From the NCBI GenBank assembly GCA_949285325.1, contig CASDYZ010000032.1:1-55663 (forward strand): a DNA stretch of 55,663 nt, written 5' to 3'. Below are positions 19,847 to 29,766 of this stretch, one piece after another. The stretch's first letter is position 1, and each line of letters begins with the position of its first letter. This DNA is from an uncultured bacterium (GTDB lineage: Bacteria; Bacillota_I; Bacilli_A; RFN20; CAG-826). The notes beneath the pieces are model-generated. The model did not search any database, had not been told where the DNA came from, and worked only from the letters and a program-made list of their open reading frames with translations. The position numbers and the translations under genes were made by a program.

Positions 19847-20999
19847 GTTGATAAACCTCCAATACATTTTTATAAAAATTATCAATCGAATATATATCGA
19901 CTTTTCTTAAAGCGTTTGAAATTATTTTATCTTTTTGTTCTTCATTTAAATTTAATATACGGTAAGCTTTTTCGACAAAAGATTCGTCGTTAGTAAAGAA
20001 ATAACCAGTTTGCCCGTCTATTATCGTCCCACTTAAATTATCGTCGAGTCTAGCCAAAACGATGTCGGACGCCGCCATAGCTTCCATAAAAGTTAAACCT
20101 TGTGTCTCCGTCACACTCGCAGAAGTATATATATCTGCTAAGTGGTAATAAAAAGGCGTGTCACTTGAAGGAACTGGACCGATAAAATCAACTGTATCTG
20201 ATATTCTTAATTCGTGAGTTAATAGTTCTAGTTCAGTTTTAGCTGGACCTCCACCGACGACAATTAATTTAGTTTTTATTTCTGGATAAGTTTCTTTAAA
20301 TTTAGCGTATCCTCTAATAGATACATCCATACTCTTCTCTTTCGCGACACGACCTAAAATTAAAAATATTTTTGTGTCGTCATCTATATTGTGTTCAATT
20401 TTAAATTGTCTAGTTCTTTCAATATCTATTTTTTTTCTATCAAATAGAGAGAAATCAATACCAGTAGGAATGACGTTGACATAGATATCGCTTCCAGTAG
20501 AGCGTAGATATTCTTTAGTTTTATAACTTGGAGTGATGAGCTCTGCACATCCTTTTGCGATCGCTTTTGTATACACTCTCACTACTTTTTTTGCCGCTCT
20601 ATCTAAAAATCCTTTTGTGGCGTAGTATGTGTAATCTTCATAAGAAGTATGATAAGTATAAACAAGAGGAACTTTTAATTTTTTAGAAGCAAGGCGGGCA
20701 AAAACGCCGAGCATGCTATCGGTGTGATAATGGATGATGTCGGGCTTAAATTCTTTAACCATCTCCATCACGCGTTTATCATAAAATTTTGGAAAACGAT
20801 AACCATATAATTTTTTATTTTCAAAACCAGGCATATAAATTATATTATCTTTCACTTCGAGAGGTCCATCACTAGAGCGAGGAGTAACCACTAAGACATT
20901 ATGCCCTCTATCCCTAAACATTTTTACAAGATTAAACACAGATGTCGAAACACCATTTATAAAAGGTGGATATGTGTCAGAAAATACTGCGATATTCAT
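19824..20999 (-). CDS. GT4 glycosyltransferase, monoglucosyl-diacylglycerol synthase-like
   Basis: FSDTYPPFINGVSTSV, TYHT, IPTGID, GRVAKEK and SVTETQGLTFMEAMA motifs. Confidence 0.88.
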   Translation of the reverse strand: MNIAVFSDTYPPFINGVSTSVFNLVKMFRDRGHNVLVVTPRSSDGPLEVKDNIIYMPGFENKKLYGYRFPKFYDKRVMEMVKEFKPDIIHYHTDSMLGVFARLASKKLKVPLVYTYHTSYEDYTYYATKGFLDRAAKKVVRVYTKAIAKGCAELITPSYKTKEYLRSTGSDIYVNVIPTGIDFSLFDRKKIDIERTRQFKIEHNIDDDTKIFLILGRVAKEKSMDVSIRGYAKFKETYPEIKTKLIVVGGGPAKTELELLTHELRISDTVDFIGPVPSSDTPFYYHLADIYTSASVTETQGLTFMEAMAASDIVLARLDDNLSGTIIDGQTGYFFTNDESFVEKAYRILNLNEEQKDKIISNALRKVDIYSIDNFYKNVLEVYQRAIKKYW

Positions 21000-22489
21000 T
21001 AGATTGAATCATCATCCTCATCTATATTGTAATTGATGTATTCAGAAGGTTTATTATTTTCGGCTAAATCTTCTTTATTCTCTTTAACTGTTTTATTCTC
21101 GTTAATTGGAGAAGATTCATCTTTTTTCTTTTTATTATTCTTCTTTTTCTTTCTATTCGGAAAAAGCTTTTCTTGTATTGATTTTCTCGACAATTGTTTA
21201 GTCTCAATAAGTGTGTCAAATTCACTCTTCCTTATTGCGTATGTTTCAGATTGAAGTTCGACAAAAGTTTGATGGCCTGGAAATCCTTTTCGCCCGAGTT
21301 CTTCTTTAGGAGTGCCTCGATAAAACGCGGTTACTATGCCAGCGACAATTAGAGGTAAAGTAAATGTTGCAGTCCTCCAAATAAGAAGAGCGGAGTGACA
21401 AAGAATAATAGAATCAGCGGATGAGGAAATACCGCGGATATAATAAAATCCACTCGATGGATTAGCGGTATTGACAAATAGTTCAGAAAAGAAGTATTCA
21501 CTAACACCAGCAGATCCTGGAATTGGAATCAAACCAGTTACCATTTGGTGGTAATTGCTTAAGAAAACTGAATCCCAGAAGTTAGCAACTTCACTTTGAT
21601 TGCCTAAGCCTATTCCAGCAAAATAAGGAATAGAAAATTTAAGAGTCATATAGACAAAAAATAAGAAAGAAACGAGGATGGTAAAAGGTATATTTGTAAG
21701 TAGTCTTCTAAACTCAATTTTAAAGTTTTCAACTTGAACTCTCAGCGATTCTCGGCTCTTTTCTGGGTTTTTTAACAATTTTATTTTGTGAAAGAACGAG
21801 ATACATGGGCCCATGATGAAGTTGTGGAAGCCCCTCCAGTACGCCATTAAAAAGACGAGGAGAATGACGGAAAGATTAAGGATAAAACCAATGATTGTCA
21901 AAAGCCAAATAGGAATGGAAATATTTGCAAAACCTAAATTGAAAGTTATGTCGTTAATTTGAATGATGAAATCATATTTAATAACAAAAGAAAGTATTCC
22001 ATATAAAATTAAAACGGCTTGATAAATGATAGAATACATCGCCATGATAGAGACGGCAGAACTAATTGGAACACCTTGCTTTTTAAAAGTGTAGGCTTGC
22101 ATGAACTGCCCGCCACTTGAGCCAGGTGTAACTGCGTTATAAAAAGTACCAACTTCGTCACATGCTAGAGCTTGATGAAAACGATATTTACGAGTATATA
22201 ATCGAGCAAAACAGTATAAAATTAATGCCTTAATCAATATACAAACAAAAACAATACCAATAATAATACCGATATAAAGCCAATCGGCAGACGCTAAATT
22301 ACTAATAATTTCTTCAAAATTGCCTGAAATTGTCATGACCACCGCGACAATTGTTAAAATTAAAACAAGAGAAATATTAATTATATATTTTATAGTTCCC
22401 TTTTTCTTTTTAGACGAATGGTTAGGATTTTTCTTTCCTTCTTCGTATTCTTTTATTTGTTGTTCTAATTCTTCTTCTTTGTTTGGCAT
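20999..22489 (-). CDS. lysylphosphatidylglycerol-synthase TM-domain family protein (putative glycolipid flippase)
   Basis: FYNAVTPGSSGGQ, IPIPGSAGVSE and LIWR motifs; multiple TM helices; coupled to the GT4 gene. Confidence 0.82.
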   Translation of the reverse strand: MPNKEEELEQQIKEYEEGKKNPNHSSKKKKGTIKYIINISLVLILTIVAVVMTISGNFEEIISNLASADWLYIGIIIGIVFVCILIKALILYCFARLYTRKYRFHQALACDEVGTFYNAVTPGSSGGQFMQAYTFKKQGVPISSAVSIMAMYSIIYQAVLILYGILSFVIKYDFIIQINDITFNLGFANISIPIWLLTIIGFILNLSVILLVFLMAYWRGFHNFIMGPCISFFHKIKLLKNPEKSRESLRVQVENFKIEFRRLLTNIPFTILVSFLFFVYMTLKFSIPYFAGIGLGNQSEVANFWDSVFLSNYHQMVTGLIPIPGSAGVSEYFFSELFVNTANPSSGFYYIRGISSSADSIILCHSALLIWRTATFTLPLIVAGIVTAFYRGTPKEELGRKGFPGHQTFVELQSETYAIRKSEFDTLIETKQLSRKSIQEKLFPNRKKKKNNKKKKDESSPINENKTVKENKEDLAENNKPSEYINYNIDEDDDSI

Positions 22490-22610
22490 ATTTTCTTTAA
22501 AGAGTTTATCATAGTTTATGATAAATTGTATATAGATACAAAAATATTTTTATTAAGTTGATATTTTGATAAAATTTATTTAGACGTTTTCAAAAGGAAG
22601 TAATAAAATT

Positions 22611-23066
22611 ATGAACAAATTCATGGAAGAAGCTGTCAATGAAGCCTATAAAGGTATAAGAAACGGACACGGCGGACCTTTTGGTGCTGTTATTGTTAAA
22701 GATGGCGAAATCGTTGGTAAAGGTCATAATCAAGTTATTAAAAATCAGGACCCAACTTGCCATGGAGAAATGATGGCGATTCACGATGCTTGTAATAATT
22801 TAGGAACTTTTGATTTATCGGAATGTGAAATTTATACAACTGGTGAACCTTGTCCGATGTGCTTATGTGCAATCATGTGGGCTAATATTGATAAAGTCTA
22901 TTATGGATGTAACATAATAGATACCGAAAAAATCGGTTTTAGAGACGCAAAATTCTATGAGATGAGTAAACCTGAAAATCGCGACAAAATGATTATTGAA
23001 TTAGACCGCGATGAATGTTTAAAACTTTACGATGAATATTTAAAATTAGAACATAAAAACTACTAA
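22611..23066 (+). CDS. guaD: guanine/nucleoside deaminase (cytidine deaminase fold)
   Basis: GGPFGAVIV, DPTCHGE and EPCPMC zinc motifs; next to a nucleobase permease. Confidence 0.82.
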   Translation: MNKFMEEAVNEAYKGIRNGHGGPFGAVIVKDGEIVGKGHNQVIKNQDPTCHGEMMAIHDACNNLGTFDLSECEIYTTGEPCPMCLCAIMWANIDKVYYGCNIIDTEKIGFRDAKFYEMSKPENRDKMIIELDRDECLKLYDEYLKLEHKNY

Positions 23067-23071
23067 TTTAG

Positions 23072-24553
23072 ATGATTAAAAACTTTTTTATAGATTTAAA
23101 AAATGGAATAGTTTCTGTTTTTAAGGGCAACGCCAAAAAGGAAAACATTTATTCTGTCGATGGAAAAGTCCCACTTCTTCATGGGATAGTTTTTGGTATA
23201 CAACATATCTTTGCAATGTTTATTGCTAATATTGCTCCCATTTTAATTGTATTTGCCTCAATTGGATTGATGAACGCACCTGTTGAATATGCTTCATTTG
23301 CATCTAATGCGATAAGAAGCGCAATTTTTGTTGCAGGAATTGGAACGATAATACAGTTACTATTAGGTGCGAGACTACCGATAGTTATTGGCACTAGTTT
23401 TACTTTCGTCGGATTATTTGCTTCTTTTTATAAAGGGACGCCTAATACATTTTCCCCACAAACAATAGATGCTTATTATACGATAATGGCGTGTATTATA
23501 GTCGGAGGACTTTTTGTAGCAATTATTTCTCCATTTGTTAAATACTGGAGAAAAATTATTAAACCAATAGTGCCTGCGGTTGTTGTACTTGGAATTGGAT
23601 TATCGCTTCTTTCAACTGGTGCAGAATATTTTTTAGGTGGATCCACTATTATTAATTCTTCAATTCCAAATAGCGAATATTTCTTATATATTTTAGTGGC
23701 GTTTTTAACTTTATTAGTTGGCTTGCTATGGTCAATTTTTATTAAAGGTATTTGGAAAAATTTAAGCATCGTAATCGCAATTATTTTTGGATATATTCTC
23801 GCGTTGATTTTTAACTACACTATCGCTCCTGGAATGATAGATTTTTCTGCTTTAAATTTCAATGAATTAACAGATTTCATTAATGTTCCTTACTTCATAA
23901 ATTTTACTAAATTAAGATTTGAAGCACTGCCAATTATATTGACTTGTATCGTTTTTTTAGTCGCTTGTGTAGAGGGGATTGGAGATAGCACCGCAATATG
24001 TAAAAGTGGGTTAAATAGAGACATATCAAATAGGGAGTTAGGTGGCACGCTTTTTGTCGATGGATTTTCGAGTGCACTCGCGGGATGTTTTGGCGCGCTT
24101 CCCCTTACGACATTTGCACAAAACGTCGGCATAGTCACACAGACAAAAATGGTCAATCGTTATACAATTTTTCTCGGTGCTTTATTTTTGGTCTTGGCTG
24201 GTTTTTTCCCTCCGCTTGCTAATTTATTATTAACTATTCCTTATTGCGTTTTAGGTGGCGCGATTATAACTGTATTTGGTTCTATATCTCTTACTGGCTT
24301 GAAGATGATAAAAGAAGAAGGGTTTAGTGAGAAAAATATCACCATAGTATCCTTAGCCATTTGTCTAGGTTTTGGACTAACTTTAGTGACTTCATTATTT
24401 AATAGATTAGAAGATGGAGACACTTTTATGCAAAACTTAAAAATAATAATTTCTAATCCAGTAATTAATATGTTTGTAATCGCCATCATCTTATCTTGGC
24501 TACTACCAGAAGATATGTATATATCATTTAAAAAACAAGACAAAAATAATTAA
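23072..24553 (+). CDS. NCS2/NAT xanthine-uracil permease
   Basis: QH motif in TM1, GARLPIVIGTSF, NAT signature TFAQNVG. Confidence 0.9.
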   Translation: MIKNFFIDLKNGIVSVFKGNAKKENIYSVDGKVPLLHGIVFGIQHIFAMFIANIAPILIVFASIGLMNAPVEYASFASNAIRSAIFVAGIGTIIQLLLGARLPIVIGTSFTFVGLFASFYKGTPNTFSPQTIDAYYTIMACIIVGGLFVAIISPFVKYWRKIIKPIVPAVVVLGIGLSLLSTGAEYFLGGSTIINSSIPNSEYFLYILVAFLTLLVGLLWSIFIKGIWKNLSIVIAIIFGYILALIFNYTIAPGMIDFSALNFNELTDFINVPYFINFTKLRFEALPIILTCIVFLVACVEGIGDSTAICKSGLNRDISNRELGGTLFVDGFSSALAGCFGALPLTTFAQNVGIVTQTKMVNRYTIFLGALFLVLAGFFPPLANLLLTIPYCVLGGAIITVFGSISLTGLKMIKEEGFSEKNITIVSLAICLGFGLTLVTSLFNRLEDGDTFMQNLKIIISNPVINMFVIAIILSWLLPEDMYISFKKQDKNN

Positions 24554-24596
24554 AATATTTTAATAATTGACTTTTATTAACGATTTTTGATTAAAA

Positions 24597-25280
24597 TTAA
24601 TCTTTTCTAGTATAAATTAATTAAACTGTATTTTCGGGCAAGACTTTCGCACTTTTTAAATTATAATATTTAGGAAAAGCACTTACGTCTTCACTTCCAA
24701 CAAACGTCAATTCTTTTCTTCCGCCTTGTACACCTAGTGCGACAACTAAACTAATTTCATCAACTAATTTTTTTTCATAAAAACTGCATTAATTTTAGGT
24801 CCACCACAAAGTAGAAAAGTATCAATTCCATAACTTTTAATTTTTTCTAAAAATAATTTTGCATCAAATTCATCTTTTCCTGCAAATATATAACTTATCC
24901 CTTTGCTATTTAAATAAGATATAAATCTTTTATCTACATTTTCTAATAGCACGCATATAAATCTCGATTTATGATTAGCGTAATCAATATAAGGAGAAGA
25001 GAAAAATAATTTCCCCTTCCTATCGAAACTAAAACAGTAAATATCATCTTTGGTAAAATTATCTTTAATTTGTAATGTAGGTTTATATTCATCAAGGTTA
25101 ATCTCCTCAGAAGATAAGTATTCAAATGTCTCTACCACATCCCCAGGCAATTAAGGTTTTAAAAGTAAATTCGTCGTAATATTCGCCTGCAAAATCGCAC
25201 TCAGGATAGCCTTTTAAATCAGTGACTATCTTTCCGTCCATACTAACATACATATTGCAAATAACTTTCGCTCTATTCAT
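24597..25280 (-). pseudogene. RibD C-terminal / dihydrofolate reductase-like protein, disrupted
   Basis: MNRAKVICNMYVSMDGKI...AWGCGR, then a frameshift into ETFEY...LLCGGPKINAVF, a second frameshift in an A-run into LVDEISLVVA, and an in-frame TAA near the end. Confidence 0.85.
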
Positions 25281-25295
25281 ATATTATTTTCCTCT

Positions 25296-25763
25296 TTATT
25301 TTAATAGTGAAGTTATTTCATCTTTATCAATTTTAAAATTCGCTAAATATGAATTGATAATATTTAGATTTGGATACAATTTTTTAATGTGTTTAACGGC
25401 GTATCCAATTGGTGATCCACCACTTGTCGCGAATATGATTATTTTTTTACCAGTCAAATCATAAGTATCTAAAAACGTATCGACAGCGCGTGGCTCTACA
25501 CCCCACCAAATCGGAAAACCGATGAAAACATATTCATACTTAGAAAAATCTTCGTCAATTGACTCAATTTGAGGTCTAGCGTCTTCATCATTCATTTCTA
25601 CTGTCGAACGAGAATGTTTATCCATCCAATCTAAGTCAGTGTCGCTATATGGCGTTTTAGGTTTAATTTCTTTACACGGACAATCTAAAATTGAGGCGAT
25701 TTGATTTGCTTTATTTTCACTGACTCCAGAACAAGAAAAATATAATACTAAAATATTTGACAT
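25296..25763 (-). CDS. flavodoxin
   Basis: LYFSCSGVS, IGFPIWWG and FATSGGS motifs. Confidence 0.9.
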   Translation of the reverse strand: MSNILVLYFSCSGVSENKANQIASILDCPCKEIKPKTPYSDTDLDWMDKHSRSTVEMNDEDARPQIESIDEDFSKYEYVFIGFPIWWGVEPRAVDTFLDTYDLTGKKIIIFATSGGSPIGYAVKHIKKLYPNLNIINSYLANFKIDKDEITSLLK

Positions 25764-25775
25764 AAAATTTGCTCC

Positions 25776-26309
25776 TTATTTTAAATTATTACCTAATTCG
25801 TAAGCTTCATCTAAATAATGTTTTTTAATCATTGAAGGTGTTCCTGCCCCTTTTGCTAAAATCCTTCCTATTTCGTTCATTTTTAAATAAGAAGTTAAAA
25901 TATCGAAATGTTTAGATATAGCTTCCATAACAATATTATCGTCATTCCACGCGGCGGCGATATAAACTACTTTTAAATGTTTAGCGGTTATCTCCCCGTT
26001 TCGTGCGTAAAATCTATCGATGAGCATTTTTAATTGGGCGCTTACCCCAAAATAATAAACTGGGGTGACAAGAACTAAACAGTCACATTTAATAATCTTA
26101 TCTAAAACATAGTTTCCGTCATCTTTTTGCACACAAAGCCAATTCATCCCACATCTATCGCACCCTAAACAAGGATGAAGATTACCACGAGCGATATCGT
26201 AAGTTTCAACACTGTGTCCCGCATCAATTGCCCCTTTTATAAATTTATCGGTAATTGTATTTGATGTACCACTTAGATGTGGTGAACTCTTAATTACCAA
26301 GACATTCAT
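25776..26309 (-). CDS. iron-sulfur flavoprotein / NADPH-dependent FMN reductase family
   Basis: SSPHLSGTS, CLGCDRC...C cysteine cluster, TPVYYFGVSAQLKMLIDR. Confidence 0.88.
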   Translation of the reverse strand: MNVLVIKSSPHLSGTSNTITDKFIKGAIDAGHSVETYDIARGNLHPCLGCDRCGMNWLCVQKDDGNYVLDKIIKCDCLVLVTPVYYFGVSAQLKMLIDRFYARNGEITAKHLKVVYIAAAWNDDNIVMEAISKHFDILTSYLKMNEIGRILAKGAGTPSMIKKHYLDEAYELGNNLK

Positions 26310-26330
26310 ATTTATTCTCCTTTATTTAAT

Positions 26331-26391
26331 TGACACTTTGTCATTTATATTTTAAAAAGTAATTGACACTATGTCAAATAAAATATATATT
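26331..26391. promoter_or_regulatory. divergent promoters with two TGACA-N3-TGTCA operator palindromes
   Basis: Palindromes at 26331-26343 and 26364-26376; TTGACA-17-TATATT on the plus strand and TTGACA-17-TAAAAT on the minus strand. Confidence 0.75.
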
Positions 26392-26408
26392 AAAAACAGG
26401 TGAGATAA

Positions 26409-27059
26409 ATGTTTAAAAGAGCGAGAAGTAAAGATCAAATCGAACAAAGAAAAAATGAAATCATAAGAGCGATGGACCTTTTATATGAGAAAAAAGAATT
26501 AAGTCAAATTTATTTAAAAGATGTCGCTGACAAATGCTCTATCTCAAGAAGCGCGATTTATTCATATTATAAAAATAAAGAAGAGATATTAATCGATTCA
26601 TTAAATTTACACTACGCCAATTTAAATAAACAGTTTAAAACTTTACTTAATAAGAAATCTTTATCCAAAGAAGAATTAATAGAAAAATTAACTAAAATAT
26701 TTATAGACCATAAGGTCATTTTAAAGTTAATGTCTTCAAATTTAGTGGATATTGAAAAAAGGACAACCTTAGATAAATTAATTGAAATAAAAGAAGAATT
26801 TAAAACTTTTCAAACTAATTTTTATTTACTATTAGAAAAGAATTTTAATATTGACGAAGATCAAGGCAAAAACATATTTTTAGGCCTAGTTACATCGATG
26901 TATGGGTTTTATCCGCTTTCAAACCCTACAAAACTTCAAATTAAAGCAATGCAAAAAACTGGTTGCTATTTTAATACTGATTTAAATATAACTGTTAAAA
27001 ATTCTTTGACGCTTCTATTTAGAAATTTAAATTACAAAATATTCGTTAAATTAAAATAA
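26409..27059 (+). CDS. TetR family transcriptional regulator
   Basis: LKDVADKCSISRSAIYSYYKNKEEI helix-turn-helix. Confidence 0.92.
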   Translation: MFKRARSKDQIEQRKNEIIRAMDLLYEKKELSQIYLKDVADKCSISRSAIYSYYKNKEEILIDSLNLHYANLNKQFKTLLNKKSLSKEELIEKLTKIFIDHKVILKLMSSNLVDIEKRTTLDKLIEIKEEFKTFQTNFYLLLEKNFNIDEDQGKNIFLGLVTSMYGFYPLSNPTKLQIKAMQKTGCYFNTDLNITVKNSLTLLFRNLNYKIFVKLK

Positions 27060-27088
27060 GCCAGTTAAGTAACCGGCTTATTTTTTTT
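27053..27088. terminator. bidirectional terminator
   Basis: AAAATAAGCC...GGCTTATTTT stem between convergent genes. Confidence 0.75.
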
Positions 27089-28031
27089 ATTCTTCAGTTG
27101 ATGTTCTTGAACCAATTAAGTGTTCATCCATATGTTCAAATATTTCTTTAACACTTAGTGGTTTTCTTCCAACTAATTTTTCAAAGTCGTTTGTGTATGT
27201 CAACATTTGTCCAAGTCTAATTGCTCTACCAAAAGTAACCATGCCGTCAGAGCAGAATGGGAAATTAGTTGCTGTTTGCGCCCACATTTCTTCAGTAGTT
27301 CTTGGAACACCGATGGAATCAAAGAATTCATATTGTTCATCGTCGCTTATTTCAACATATTTAACGTTGTGTCCAGTTACTTTGTTAGCAATTTCGATAT
27401 ATTCGGCAATGGTTAGAGGCTCAGCCCCATTGACATCGACGACTCTATCCATCCAGTCTGACATCGCCGCGTGTGCAGCAGCAACCGCACAATCATCACG
27501 AGAAATATACGCCATTTTTCCATTTCCCATGTTGTTTGCTAAGACATTATTAGTGTTAGTATAAGCGTTGATATAATTTGAGACCATCGCTTCGGCGTAC
27601 TGCGAATTTCTCATAAATAAATAATGAAGTCCGCTTTCTTTGATATACGCTTCAGTATAAACGTGGTCGTTAACTTCATATGTGTCGATATCTTTTTCGC
27701 CTGCACCGACAATTGAAGTATAAACGATTCTTTTTACCCCAGCCTTAATAGCAGCATCAACGGCCACTTTTTGAACTTTTCTTCTTTTTGGACCAACAAA
27801 AGGCATTGAGATGAGTATCATCGTATCAGCACCTTTAAATGCTTCAACTAAATTTTCACTCTTGTTGAAATCAGCAACTCTAAGAATTACACCTAAACCT
27901 TTATACTCTTTTAGTCCTTTTTCTGTAGGGGCGGTAAAGATTAAAGAAGAATGTTCATACTTATCAAGTAATTCTTTTGCGCATCTTCTTCCAAAATTAC
28001 CATCGACACCATTCAATAAAATAGTTTTCAT
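27087..28031 (-). CDS. NmrA-like atypical SDR NAD(P)-binding oxidoreductase
   Basis: GVDGNFG Rossmann variant, ADF, AGVKRIVYTS and ISRDDCA motifs. Confidence 0.85.
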   Translation of the reverse strand: MKTILLNGVDGNFGRRCAKELLDKYEHSSLIFTAPTEKGLKEYKGLGVILRVADFNKSENLVEAFKGADTMILISMPFVGPKRRKVQKVAVDAAIKAGVKRIVYTSIVGAGEKDIDTYEVNDHVYTEAYIKESGLHYLFMRNSQYAEAMVSNYINAYTNTNNVLANNMGNGKMAYISRDDCAVAAAHAAMSDWMDRVVDVNGAEPLTIAEYIEIANKVTGHNVKYVEISDDEQYEFFDSIGVPRTTEEMWAQTATNFPFCSDGMVTFGRAIRLGQMLTYTNDFEKLVGRKPLSVKEIFEHMDEHLIGSRTSTEE

Positions 28032-28128
28032 TTTTTTCTCCTATATAGTTCTCTATGTCCATTTATAACACATAAACTTATCTATTGTTAATATGTTATT
28101 ATTTTAATAAAATAAATGAGATTAGTTT

Positions 28129-29499
28129 ATGGAAGTAGAAAACAACAGCTTAAAAGAAAAAGATGATAATAAAACTAATTCTTTTGAAAAAGGATTAGAT
28201 AAAGTCAATACTGGCTTTTTAAATTTTATCCACCGATTTGATTTAATAATTTATTTTGTAATAATTACTATCCTCGCGGTTGTAATGCGTCTATTTTTAC
28301 TACCTAAAGTAAGTGGCGACTATAATATTCTTACCGGTTGGTATGTCAATATATATGAAAATGGCTTTTCTGCCTTAGGCTCGCAGCAAGGCGATTATAC
28401 CCCGGCGTACAATTATATTTTGTATTTTATATCTTTATTTAGATTTAAACCTGGAGTTACCTATATATTACATATATTAGGTGGAGAATATGTGGTTGAT
28501 CCTATTCTATTTTCAATAAAAACTATCTCCATTTTATTTGATTTTGGGATGGCGATTTTTGTATATTTTATTACTAAAAAATTAACTAATTCGAAAACAA
28601 AAAGCGTACTAGCTTACACCTTGACTGTCTTTGGTTTAACTGTATTTTTAAATTCCTCTTTATGGGGGCAGTGCGATTCAATATACGGCTTTTTTATTGT
28701 CGGTTCGATATATTATCTACTAAAAAAACAACACCATATATCGTTTATCATGCTTTCTTTAGCGTTTTGTTTTAAACTTCAAGCAATTTTTGTCCTTCCA
28801 GTCTACATCATCTTATATTTAAAAAAGATGACAAAATTAAGATATTTTTTATATATCCCACTCATGTATTTTATATTTGCTTTACCCGCATCTATCGCAG
28901 CGTTAGACAATTTCTCATATCGACTTGGACAAATATTTTTGGTCTATTTTAATCAAGCTGCAAGAAGTTATAAACAAGTCTCACTTAACGCTGGTACATT
29001 TTATACTCTTATATTTACAAACTTTAAAGAGGAACAATATATTTCATATTTTGCTGTATTCCTCGCTCTTGCAGTAAATGGCACATTGATATTTTTCTTC
29101 ATGAGAACAAAAGCAAAATTGAACAATAACTTAATTGTTAAAATGTTTTTAATTTTCATGATGACTATGCCTTATTTCATGCCACACATGCACGATAGAT
29201 ATTACTATTTAGCGGATGTATTTGTCATCGTTTATGTCATGATAAATGTCAAAAAATTCTACATAGCTATAATGGCAATATTAAATTCGATGATTGGTTA
29301 TATGGTATATTTGTGGAATGTTCCTTTTATAAATGTCGTCCCGCAAGATGGCTCGATTGCTGATTCGACTAAAGCTTTATCTTTCCGCTTTGGTTCTATC
29401 GTATATCTTGTGGCGATAATCATTGTCTTAATAGACTTCTTTAAAGATTTAGAATTAAATACACCAAAAGAAGAAAATCAAATACAAGAGCAATTATAA
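28129..29499 (+). CDS. GT-C fold integral membrane glycosyltransferase (GT87/mannosyltransferase-like)
   Basis: Many TM helices; GDYTP, NSSLWGQCDSIY, FKLQAIF and MHDRYYY motifs. Confidence 0.72.
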   Translation: MEVENNSLKEKDDNKTNSFEKGLDKVNTGFLNFIHRFDLIIYFVIITILAVVMRLFLLPKVSGDYNILTGWYVNIYENGFSALGSQQGDYTPAYNYILYFISLFRFKPGVTYILHILGGEYVVDPILFSIKTISILFDFGMAIFVYFITKKLTNSKTKSVLAYTLTVFGLTVFLNSSLWGQCDSIYGFFIVGSIYYLLKKQHHISFIMLSLAFCFKLQAIFVLPVYIILYLKKMTKLRYFLYIPLMYFIFALPASIAALDNFSYRLGQIFLVYFNQAARSYKQVSLNAGTFYTLIFTNFKEEQYISYFAVFLALAVNGTLIFFFMRTKAKLNNNLIVKMFLIFMMTMPYFMPHMHDRYYYLADVFVIVYVMINVKKFYIAIMAILNSMIGYMVYLWNVPFINVVPQDGSIADSTKALSFRFGSIVYLVAIIIVLIDFFKDLELNTPKEENQIQEQL

Positions 29500-29514
29500 A
29501 AAAGACTTGAAAGG

Positions 29515-29766
29515 TTATCCCTTCAAGCCTTTTTCTTGTCTTTCCATATTTTCAACAACGACATCATATATCTCGCCTAATGTTGAACAATATTCTAATA
29601 TTTTCCATGGTTCATTTGTGTGAAAATGAATTTTAATTAAATCTTCATCCCCAACAGCAAGAAGACAATCTCCATCAAAATGATTGGTTATATATTCATC
29701 GATCGCGTCTTCATCTAGACCGTGTCCTTCGATGAGAAGCTGAGTGTCAAATTTATATTTTAACAT
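29515..29766 (-). CDS. stand-alone FakA/DAK2 middle-domain protein
   Basis: DCLLAVGDEDLIKIHFHTNEP...VVENMERQ resembles the FakA SLLVV...VKVHVHT..P...KVENMR segment; coupled to degV. Confidence 0.7.
   Translation of the reverse strand: MLKYKFDTQLLIEGHGLDEDAIDEYITNHFDGDCLLAVGDEDLIKIHFHTNEPWKILEYCSTLGEIYDVVVENMERQEKGLKG

Noticed and set aside
22526-22610. Purine riboswitch upstream of guaD
   Set aside because: No TATAA...ATATGG...GTTTCTACC core
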